Source: a virus. From it: 38,038 bases of DNA. The stretch's first letter is position 1. Each line of letters begins with the position of its first letter. The notes below the pieces were generated by a model. It saw only the letters and a program-made list of their open reading frames with translations. It did no database searches and was not told where the DNA came from. This document shows positions 6,017 through 12,694 of this stretch, in pieces. Where the stretch lies: positions 1 through 38,038 of the IMG/VR virus record IMGVR_UViG_3300047678_000357; one strand, 5' to 3'. The translations under genes were made by a program, and so were the position numbers.

Positions 6017-6193
6017 ATGAAAACACAAAAAACAAAAAGCAGAATATCTAAGGCAGAGCGCGAAGCCTACGCAATCGTAGGTAAGAAGGGCGGTCTAGCT
6101 ATTGCAAAGAAACTCGGCAAGAAAGGCATGAGTGCACTCGGCAAGGCTGGAGCAGCAAAGCGATGGCCTAAGAAAAAGACAAAAGTATCCTGA
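6017..6193 (+). CDS. Small, highly basic Lys/Gly/Ala-rich protein (58 aa)
   Basis: Start set at ATG 6017 (MKTQKTKSRISKAEREAYAIVGKKGGLAIAKKLGKKGMSALGKAGAAKRWPKKKTKVS), in frame with track ORF 5957..6193. KGG-type repeats. Confidence 0.5.
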   Translation: MKTQKTKSRISKAEREAYAIVGKKGGLAIAKKLGKKGMSALGKAGAAKRWPKKKTKVS

Positions 6194-6238
6194 TATCCAC
6201 AGGGTGCTCTTGTGGTATAGGCGAGCTGACGCTATAAT
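6193..6238 (+). promoter_or_regulatory. Promoter of the chaperonin operon with upstream ATATCCACA box
   Basis: Box at 6193..6201 with an inverted partial copy TGTGGTATA at 6211..6219. GCGAGCTGACGC is fused to TATAAT at 6233..6238 (distance 40). Leader TTATTACTAAGTTAATC follows. Confidence 0.65.
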
Positions 6239-6269
6239 ATAATTATTACTAAGTTAATCATTCATTCAC

Positions 6270-6527
6270 ATGGAAGATACAAAAATAGCAGAGGAAGCAG
6301 CAAAAGAATTACAAGGTCGTGTAGAAGAGTTCAATAAGGAACTCATCCCATTACTCGGAAAGTACGAACTTGGTCTTGGAGCAAGTGCATTCATGAACCC
6401 AAACGGTACAATCGGAGCTCGACCAATCATGTTCGATGCACGAAAAACAGAAGGTGAGAAGACAGAAGCTCCAGTAGAGGAGACTAACACAAAGGAGACA
6501 GAAGCTCCTGCATTATCAGAAGCGTAA
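6270..6527 (+). CDS. Hypothetical protein (85 aa)
   Basis: First ORF after the promoter at 6233. No motif recognised. Confidence 0.55.
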   Translation: MEDTKIAEEAAKELQGRVEEFNKELIPLLGKYELGLGASAFMNPNGTIGARPIMFDARKTEGEKTEAPVEETNTKETEAPALSEA

Positions 6528-6531
6528 AACT

Positions 6532-6780
6532 ATGATCCCTGTACTACTCGGATACATCGCTGGATTAGTGACTGCGGTAATCATCGCGTTGCTACTCGCC
6601 TACTTCAAATCCCCTCTTCAGAGGGTTTTGAAGGTAGCTGAAGAAAAGATAGCGTCTGCCGGTCCAAGACCAAAAGGCTACATATTCGAGGGTGATGATG
6701 AAGTCATCGAAGCGAGAAAGGAAATCATCGCCAAGAACTCCGAGCAGGGAAAGTCAACGCCATTAAGTGAACTACCATAA
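6532..6780 (+). CDS. Small membrane-anchored protein (82 aa)
   Basis: N-terminal hydrophobic helix MIPVLLGYIAGLVTAVIIALLLAYF followed by a charged tail. Confidence 0.55.
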   Translation: MIPVLLGYIAGLVTAVIIALLLAYFKSPLQRVLKVAEEKIASAGPRPKGYIFEGDDEVIEARKEIIAKNSEQGKSTPLSELP

Positions 6781-6782
6781 AT

Positions 6783-7064
6783 ATGAAAATACAACCTCGA
6801 GGAAAAAACATCCTCATCGAAAAGGATAAGCCATCAAGTAAAGAAAGTGAGTATGGCATCGTTACTCCTGACTCAGTAGAGGAGGAGCAAAAAGCGTTCG
6901 GTACAGTCGTAGCAGTAGGACCAGACATCAAAGACATCAAAAAAGGTGACCGAGTAGTGTATGGAGCATACGCAGGTGAGCAAATACAGATCGAAGAAAA
7001 GGGCAAAAAACACGAGTATCGACTGGTCGAAGATCAAGATGTAATCGCGTTCATACAAAAATGA
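6783..7064 (+). CDS. groES: Co-chaperonin GroES/Hsp10 homologue
   Basis: MKIQPRGKNILIEK...SEYGIVTPDS...FGTVVAVGPD...KKGDRVVYGAYAGEQI...VEDQDVIAFI aligns block-for-block with bacterial GroES (IxPLxDRVLV, GIVLP, GxVxAVG, GDxVxFxxYxG, DILAxI). Confidence 0.85.
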   Translation: MKIQPRGKNILIEKDKPSSKESEYGIVTPDSVEEEQKAFGTVVAVGPDIKDIKKGDRVVYGAYAGEQIQIEEKGKKHEYRLVEDQDVIAFIQK

Positions 7065-7309
7065 AACGATACGGATGTAGATACGGACAACCACACGACC
7101 TCGTCCCAACCGCAGAAAGCCCAACTGTTAAATGGGAAGTCTGTCGAATCTGTAACAAGAAGTTCCGTTGGAATAAGGGCTCTAAAAAAAGGATAGACAA
7201 TGTCCGATATCTCGAAGCTCACGCCCGGAACTATGCACAACAAGGCGGTGCAACAAAAAGGCTCTTTATGAAGCTCTACGAGCCAGAGCGATGTATCATA
7301 AAACTATGA
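7061..7309 (+). CDS. Small Cys-containing basic protein between groES and groEL (82 aa)
   Basis: ATGA overlaps at both ends (7061..7064 and 7306..7309). Contains the CRIC pair (WEVCRICNKKF) plus two further Cys residues. Function unknown. Confidence 0.55.
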   Translation: MKRYGCRYGQPHDLVPTAESPTVKWEVCRICNKKFRWNKGSKKRIDNVRYLEAHARNYAQQGGATKRLFMKLYEPERCIIKL

Positions 7310-8853
7310 ATGAAATAACAATCACAACAAAAGACCCATTCGATATAATCCAACGAGCAGTCGTGAAGGCTGTGGACTTGGTAAAACCGACATACGGTCC
7401 AGCAAGCAACAAGGTGATCATCTCAAAATTGACTCACCAATTAGTGGTAGATGACGGTGTGCAAATCATGCGCGACCTCGAGCTAAAAGACCCGAGTGAA
7501 CATGCAGTACTCAAAGTCATCCGAGAAGTAGCTATAAAGACCAACGATCGTGCAGGTGACGGTACAACTGGCTCAATGATTATGCTCGGAGCAATCGTGG
7601 GAGAAGTGGCAACATTTCACCGACGTGATGGACACAAAATTGAGAGAGAACTCAAAAAAGGTCTACTCGAGGCAACAGAACAACTCCGCGCACAGGCAAA
7701 GCCAGTGAAGACTCTTGAAGAACTCAAGAAGGTCGCACGCATCTCATTCGACAACGAGGAGGTGTCAACTCTTATCGCGGATACTTGGTTCAAAGTCGGA
7801 AAGGAAGGAGTCGTCACAGTAGACTCAGGCCCGACAATGAAAACAACCTCTGAACTCTCAGAAGGTATCAAACTCGCGAACGGATACATCAGCCCTCTCA
7901 TGGTCAACAACCCAGAGAGAATGGAGGCTGTACTCGAGAAGCCACTCATCCTCATCACTGACTACCGACTCACAGAAGGCTCAGACATCATTGAACTTCT
8001 CAATCTCATGGCAAAGGCTGGCAAAGGCAAACTCCTTGTTATCGCGGAGAATGTAGAACAAAGTGCACTCTCAACCCTCATCATCAACCAAGCTCACCTC
8101 ATCAATCCAATGACAGGTAAGCCCGGAGTGATGCAGTCCATCGCAGTGGTAGGTCCCGGATCAGACAACTCAACAACTCTCGAAGACATTGCCCTTCTTA
8201 CAGGAGCAACTGTATTCAGTCAGAGCAAAGGAAACCGACTCCAGAATGCGAAAATCGAAGACCTCGGACAAGCAGACCGTGTCATTGCACGCCGAGATGG
8301 TTCAGTCATCATCGGACCAAAGGGCAAGAAGGACGTGATCAAGAAAGCAATCGCTGAACTCACATCAGCACTTGAAGCGGCAGAGCGACAAAGTGACAAA
8401 GACAAAATACAAAAAAGACTCGCATTCTTCGCAAACAAGATAGCAGTCATTCGAGTAGGTGCTCCGACAGATCAGGAACAGCGCGCACTCCGATACAAGA
8501 TTGAAGACTCAATCAACGCGGTCAAGGCAGCATTCAAAGGCGGTGTCGTATGTGGAGGTGGACTCGCACTCTCACGAATCACAACATCAAGCCCTATACT
8601 CAACAACGCGCTCAAAGCTCCAGCAAAACAACTCGTTGATAACATGGGAGGTATAGAACTTGAGCGACCACTCAAGTCAGACGAAGCATGCAATGTCATT
8701 ACAGGAAAAATAGGCAAGTTCATGGACGTGGGAGTCATTGACCCTGTCGACGTTCTGATTGCCGGAGTAGAAAGTGCCGTATCAGTGGCATCTCTCCTCG
8801 TAACTACATCGGGAATGATTGTGGAAAAGCCACGACATCTTCCCAACCAATAA
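7306..8853 (+). CDS. groEL: Group I chaperonin GroEL/Cpn60 homologue (515 aa, no GGM tail)
   Basis: RAGDGTTGSMIMLGAIV (canonical AGDGTTTATVLA), GGVVCGGGLAL (canonical VPGGGVAL), GVIDPVDVLIAGVESAVSVASLLVTTSGMIVEKP (canonical GIIDPTKVTRSALQ...). Start set at ATG 7306, overlapping the upstream stop. Confidence 0.85.
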   Translation: MNEITITTKDPFDIIQRAVVKAVDLVKPTYGPASNKVIISKLTHQLVVDDGVQIMRDLELKDPSEHAVLKVIREVAIKTNDRAGDGTTGSMIMLGAIVGEVATFHRRDGHKIERELKKGLLEATEQLRAQAKPVKTLEELKKVARISFDNEEVSTLIADTWFKVGKEGVVTVDSGPTMKTTSELSEGIKLANGYISPLMVNNPERMEAVLEKPLILITDYRLTEGSDIIELLNLMAKAGKGKLLVIAENVEQSALSTLIINQAHLINPMTGKPGVMQSIAVVGPGSDNSTTLEDIALLTGATVFSQSKGNRLQNAKIEDLGQADRVIARRDGSVIIGPKGKKDVIKKAIAELTSALEAAERQSDKDKIQKRLAFFANKIAVIRVGAPTDQEQRALRYKIEDSINAVKAAFKGGVVCGGGLALSRITTSSPILNNALKAPAKQLVDNMGGIELERPLKSDEACNVITGKIGKFMDVGVIDPVDVLIAGVESAVSVASLLVTTSGMIVEKPRHLPNQ

Positions 8854-8854
8854 C

Positions 8855-9034
8855 ATGGGAGAAAAAGCAGGAATGAGTACAGCAACAGTCATTCAGATCG
8901 TCTTCATCATCCTCAAGCTAGTCGGAGTCATCCACTGGTCTTGGTGGTGGGTACTTTCACCAATGTGGATCAGCCTACTGTTGGCTCTGATAATCATCGG
9001 ACTGGTAGTCGTAGCACTCAAGGTTCAGGAGTAG
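8855..9034 (+). CDS. Small integral membrane protein (59 aa)
   Basis: Start set at ATG 8855, 2 nt after the groEL stop. VIQIVFIILKLVGVIHWSWWWVLSPMWISLLLALIIIGLVVV gives two hydrophobic helices. Confidence 0.55.
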   Translation: MGEKAGMSTATVIQIVFIILKLVGVIHWSWWWVLSPMWISLLLALIIIGLVVVALKVQE

Positions 9035-9036
9035 AG

Positions 9037-9083
9037 TTATCCACTCCCGACAGCTCGCTATCTTTCCGAGAGTGTTGTACAAT
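9037..9083 (+). promoter_or_regulatory. Promoter with TTATCCACT box; probable leaderless start
   Basis: Box at 9037..9045. GACAGCTCGCTAT at 9049..9061. TG-TACAAT with the hexamer at 9078..9083 (distance 41). Exactly 6 nt separate the -10 from ATG 9090. Confidence 0.55.
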
Positions 9084-9089
9084 GTACTC

Positions 9090-9863
9090 ATGAACATATT
9101 CAACACATTGAAGGGAATCATAGGAGCAATATCACTGGTAGTTCTGAGCCTATTCGGCACAGGAGTAACGCCACAAGCTCCACAAATCACAGCTATCGCG
9201 ACAACAACCGATGCTGTGGTTCAGCAAGCAATAAGCGAAGCCACTACAACAACCAAAGACGATGTCGCACAGGCATACGAACTTGGCAAGTCAGTAGGTA
9301 GGCTTCAGGAGAAGGTACAGTCATTGCCAACCTCTCCGAAAGTCATTGTCAACCCAATTGTAAACCCCAATCCTATGCAAGAAAATACAAACCAAACACC
9401 ATCAGTCACAGCAGGAGCTCCATCACAACCAGCTCCAAGTGTGACAGCCCCATCAAGCACACCAGCACCAACGAGTGCTCCAGTAGAGACTCAAACTCCA
9501 ACAGCTCCAGTGTCACTCGCACACATTGAAATCGTCAGCCCATTCCCAAGTAAAGGACTCGGACGAGAATACAAGGCATCTCCAGAGATAATCGATGAGA
9601 GAAACTATATCGAACTCGGAGCAATCGTATACGGAGATGATGGAAAGCCAATGGATAACACAATCGTCTTCATCACAGCAACCGATCAGGCTCAAAACAA
9701 GACTGAGAAGGGAACTGGGGATGTGATGAACATCTGGGTCAACGGTGACCGAAGACAAGTACCGGTATACAGCTTCCACTATGAGTTCAAGACTCCCGGC
9801 GACCACAAGGTAGTCTTCACAGCAAACGGCATGTTCCAAGAAGTCACACTGATAGTAAAGTAA
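9090..9863 (+). CDS. Secreted or membrane-anchored protein with a Pro/Thr/Ala-rich linker
   Basis: Start set at ATG 9090 (MNIFNTLKGIIGAISLVVLSLFG signal/anchor). Linker PSVTAGAPSQPAPSVTAPSSTPAPTSAPVETQTPTAP. Beta-rich C-terminal domain. Confidence 0.6.
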   Translation: MNIFNTLKGIIGAISLVVLSLFGTGVTPQAPQITAIATTTDAVVQQAISEATTTTKDDVAQAYELGKSVGRLQEKVQSLPTSPKVIVNPIVNPNPMQENTNQTPSVTAGAPSQPAPSVTAPSSTPAPTSAPVETQTPTAPVSLAHIEIVSPFPSKGLGREYKASPEIIDERNYIELGAIVYGDDGKPMDNTIVFITATDQAQNKTEKGTGDVMNIWVNGDRRQVPVYSFHYEFKTPGDHKVVFTANGMFQEVTLIVK

Positions 9864-9866
9864 TCC

Positions 9867-10046
9867 ATGAGCACACAGGCACAAAAAGAAAGATTGGCAG
9901 AGCAAAGGGAAAAGCAAAAGTGCGCGATACACGACCACTGTGAAGCCAACAAAATCCAAGTAGATTATGTAAATGACTTTCAATGGAGACTCAAAAAAAG
10001 TTCTTCTACATACCAAAAAAGACTTGGGGGATGTATGATCGGATAG
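9867..10046 (+). CDS. Possible small ORF (59 aa)
   Basis: ATG 3 nt after the previous stop. It is below the 60-aa track cutoff, hand-translated as MSTQAQKERLAEQREKQKCAIHDHCEANKIQ.... No motif recognised. Confidence 0.35.
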   Translation: MSTQAQKERLAEQREKQKCAIHDHCEANKIQVDYVNDFQWRLKKSSSTYQKRLGGCMIG

Positions 10047-10051
10047 AAGAC

Positions 10052-10098
10052 TTATGCAACAAATACATCAAAACAACGGGGATCTAGTGACGTAGATT
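10052..10098 (+). promoter_or_regulatory. Weak candidate promoter (box-like TTATGCAAC + TAGATT)
   Basis: TTATGCAAC at 10052..10060 and TAGATT at 10093..10098, at the family-typical distance of 41. Both elements are degenerate. Confidence 0.3.
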
Positions 10099-10143
10099 AT
10101 CGCACCTAGTCAGGGTGACCGTGGTACAGGCTCTGAGTACCGA

Positions 10144-10248
10144 ATGACGATTGGCGGAGTGGCTTATCGCAGAGTATGAAAACTTGGAACTCGTCCTTGC
10201 CTCATCCAAGAGAGGTGGGGACCGCAGGTTCAAATCCTGCATCGTCAT
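10144..10248 (+). ncRNA. tRNA-like element with a non-canonical anticodon domain
   Basis: 8-bp closing helix ATGACGAT 10144..10151 / ATCGTCAT 10241..10248. D-arm-like GCGG-AGTGGCTTA-TCGC at 10154..10170. Canonical T-arm GCAGG-TTCAAAT-CCTGC at 10224..10240. The 52 nt in between form GAGT-(13-nt loop)-ACTC plus a long hairpin GTCC..GCCTC-ATCCAAGA-GAGGT..GGAC. No encoded CCA. Confidence 0.4.
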
Positions 10249-10263
10249 TAAACATTAAAAGCC

Positions 10264-10992
10264 ATGCAAATCGAACAACGCCCATTAACATCGATACAGC
10301 CTTACGGTAAAAATGCCAAGAAGCATCCGTCAAAGCAAATAAACCAGATCGCGGACAGCATCCGCGAGTTCGGTTTTAATCAGCCTATCGTAGTAGATAA
10401 GGCTGGAGTCATCATTGTGGGCCACGGACGATATGCAGCTGCGCACCTCGTAGGTATGGACGAAGTGCCAGTGCTCGAGATAGACATCGATGATGAGAAA
10501 GCGAAAGCCTACCGACTCGCCGACAACAAACTCAATGAATCAGAGTGGGACATGGAGCTCGTGATATCAGAGCTCAAGACACTCTCCCTTCCAACAGTCG
10601 ACCTCACAGGCTTCGAGCGCCGACTAGTACTCAAGACAAACATCAATGACGATGACGTGCCAAAGTGGGCAAAGGCAGAGAAGATGGCCGAGAAGGAAGG
10701 GCGGACAACTATCTGGACAATGAAGCGCGCACCAGTGCAGGACTACGTCCACCCAACACAGAAGCCAGTGGAGCTCGTGATGTACGCAATCCACAACAGC
10801 TCAAAGGTCGATGACATCGTGCTTGACCCATTCCTAGGCTCTGGCTCTGTACTCATAGCATGCGAGAAGACCAATCGTATCTGCTACGGAATGGAGCTCG
10901 ACCCACAATTCGCTGATGTGATCGTCGAGAGATACTGTCAGTTCATGGGCACAAGAAACATTAAAAAGAACGGAGAATCAATAATCTGGTAA
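10264..10992 (+). CDS. ParB-like nuclease domain fused to a truncated N6/N4 DNA-methylase C-terminal half (no DPPY motif)
   Basis: ParB-like N-terminus (PYGKNAKKHPSKQINQIADSIREFGFNQPIVVD...GHGRYAAA). C-terminal HPTQKPVELV and VLDPFLGSGS SAM-binding blocks. The expected (D/S)PPY catalytic block is absent and the protein is only 242 aa. Confidence 0.65.
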   Translation: MQIEQRPLTSIQPYGKNAKKHPSKQINQIADSIREFGFNQPIVVDKAGVIIVGHGRYAAAHLVGMDEVPVLEIDIDDEKAKAYRLADNKLNESEWDMELVISELKTLSLPTVDLTGFERRLVLKTNINDDDVPKWAKAEKMAEKEGRTTIWTMKRAPVQDYVHPTQKPVELVMYAIHNSSKVDDIVLDPFLGSGSVLIACEKTNRICYGMELDPQFADVIVERYCQFMGTRNIKKNGESIIW

Positions 10993-10997
10993 AATAT

Positions 10998-11270
10998 ATG
11001 AAAATAGTACTAACAGCATTCAATAAGAAAATGTGGAGCAAGCCAATGGATGTGCCTGACAACACAAGCCCCGACTTCTATCTACCTATGCCAATGGACG
11101 TGCTCGCACACAATCCAAAGACAGAGGCTCTAGATACCATATCAACTATAGCCAAGAGAGGGCACTGGCGTCGTACAAGGAAGTCATACTTCCTTAAAGA
11201 CCTCGGAGTAGAGCCAGCAGAAGGAGAGGACCAGTTCGCATACGAATATTGCCTCGTAGATATATCATAA
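10998..11270 (+). CDS. Hypothetical protein (90 aa)
   Basis: Tightly packed + strand ORF. No motif recognised. Confidence 0.5.
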   Translation: MKIVLTAFNKKMWSKPMDVPDNTSPDFYLPMPMDVLAHNPKTEALDTISTIAKRGHWRRTRKSYFLKDLGVEPAEGEDQFAYEYCLVDIS

Positions 11271-11272
11271 CC

Positions 11273-11719
11273 ATGGGACGAAAAACTAACCACAAAAAGC
11301 GATACGAGAACGTTGGTCGACCGACCAAAATGACACCTGACGTACTCGGAAAATTAGAGGACGCATTTATGAACGCCTTCACAGACGAAATGGCGTGTCT
11401 TTACGCGGGTATTCACATAGATACGCTGTATGCATATTGCCAAGAGAATCCAGCATTTTCCGATAGAAAAGAGACTCTCAAGATGACACCAGACTTGAGG
11501 GCTCAACAGACCATTATCAAGGACATCGACAATGTAGGCGGTGCACGATACTGGGCAGAGCATCGCATGGCTCAGTTCATGCCAACAACCAAGGTCATCG
11601 TGGGCGGAACACTCAAGACAGAGGACGTCACAACGAGTGAAATCCTCAGAGAAGTCACAAAGAAATATGAGGACGAAATCAAGCAAAGTATTATCAAAAA
11701 CATTAAGACTAAAAAATAA
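11273..11719 (+). CDS. terS: Terminase small subunit
   Basis: Start set at ATG 11273. N-terminal HTH block GRPTKMTPDVLGKLEDAFMNAFTDEMACLYAGIHIDTLYAYCQENPAFSD is typical of small terminases. Located upstream of the large terminase. Confidence 0.6.
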   Translation: MGRKTNHKKRYENVGRPTKMTPDVLGKLEDAFMNAFTDEMACLYAGIHIDTLYAYCQENPAFSDRKETLKMTPDLRAQQTIIKDIDNVGGARYWAEHRMAQFMPTTKVIVGGTLKTEDVTTSEILREVTKKYEDEIKQSIIKNIKTKK

Positions 11720-11720
11720 C

Positions 11721-11909
11721 ATGGCAAAAGAAACAAAAAATGTGACCCAGAGTGGACACACAGACGCGAGAACATTTACCTACTCGCGCAACAACACAAA
11801 CCTATCCTTCACACTCCGCACTGATATCAAGCAGGAGCTTAAGGACTTTCTAGAACTGCTCAAGAATGCCGTAGTCGAGGTCGAGGCAGTCATAACAGAT
11901 AAGAAATGA
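11721..11909 (+). CDS. Hypothetical protein (62 aa)
   Basis: Start set at ATG 11721 (aaaaaataacATG), in frame with track ORF 11541..11909. ATGA overlap with the next gene. Confidence 0.5.
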   Translation: MAKETKNVTQSGHTDARTFTYSRNNTNLSFTLRTDIKQELKDFLELLKNAVVEVEAVITDKK

Positions 11910-12466
11910 AAATCCTACACGAAAATCCACCAGAGTGGATCATGACTGGCTGTCTCAATCAGTTCAGAGTGAACCTAGACCACACCTTCTGGACATACGG
12001 TGATATCATATACAACCCGGGCAAAGGAACTATCCCCGACCACATCATTGCTCACGAGGAGACTCACATGCGACAACAGGAGGCATATGTAAAACGCCCA
12101 GAAGGAGAATGTATCGGTATAGAGATGAAATGTGAAGCGCATCAAGATCAATGGTTCGAGCACAAATTACCAGACGGAACTGAATGTGCAGGTCCGGGAG
12201 AGCCACTAGAGCGTGGAAAAGATGCATGGTGGGAGGAGTACCTAGCAAACCCACGCTTCCGAATGGAACAGGAGGCACAGGCATACGGAGAGCAATACAA
12301 GTTCTTCTGCAAATATCGCAAGGACAGAAACGAGCGGTCACGCTTCCTCAACTCAATCTGTGACTTGTTCTCTGGACCACTCTATCAGCTCGCTCTCACT
12401 AAATCGCAGGCAAGAGCAATGATTCAAGTACTCAGTGGAGAAAAGACACTCAAACAGGTCTCATAA
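11906..12466 (+). CDS. HExxH-motif protein (putative metallopeptidase-like)
   Basis: DHIIAHEETHMRQQE contains an HExxH zinc-binding signature. Otherwise unassigned. Confidence 0.35.
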   Translation: MKILHENPPEWIMTGCLNQFRVNLDHTFWTYGDIIYNPGKGTIPDHIIAHEETHMRQQEAYVKRPEGECIGIEMKCEAHQDQWFEHKLPDGTECAGPGEPLERGKDAWWEEYLANPRFRMEQEAQAYGEQYKFFCKYRKDRNERSRFLNSICDLFSGPLYQLALTKSQARAMIQVLSGEKTLKQVS

Positions 12467-12487
12467 AACAACTAAGATATAACAAAT

Positions 12488-12694
12488 ATGATATGCACAC
12501 ACACATTCATTAAGGTAGGAGAAATAAGTAAACCACGACCAAGCCCGGTGCCGACAATGATCGGTGTCCCGGGAGCAGAAGTCGTCTGCGTTCACTGTGG
12601 ACAAGTTCGTAAGGTATGGGCTGACGGTAAAGTCGAAATCGTCGTCAGAAGTAGTGGTCATATAGACGAAAATATTGATGTCAAAACTAGCTGA
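12488..12694 (+). CDS. Hypothetical small Cys-containing protein (68 aa)
   Basis: VVCVHCGQV gives a CxxC pair. Overlaps the terminase start by 17 nt. Confidence 0.4.
   Translation: MICTHTFIKVGEISKPRPSPVPTMIGVPGAEVVCVHCGQVRKVWADGKVEIVVRSSGHIDENIDVKTS

Noticed and set aside
350-6260. The repeated ~60-75 bp promoter cassettes as a CRISPR-like or tandem-repeat array.
   Set aside because: Copies are kilobases apart, irregularly spaced, imperfect, and each sits directly upstream of a gene start. This is the signature of promoters, not of a repeat-spacer array.
10224-10248. The tRNA 3'-half-like sequence (T-arm plus acceptor strand) as an attP core for integration into a host tRNA gene.
   Set aside because: No tyrosine or serine integrase, excisionase or repressor gene is recognisable anywhere in the genome. 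In addition, a matching 5' acceptor strand and D-arm are present, which an attP fragment would not need.
9864-10263. A phage tmRNA spanning the whole 400-nt gap.
   Set aside because: There is no G:U at the third acceptor pair, no 5' GGGG...acceptor arrangement pairing with the 3' end over that distance, and no recognisable tag reading frame. The 5' strand that pairs with the 3' end lies only ~90 nt upstream.
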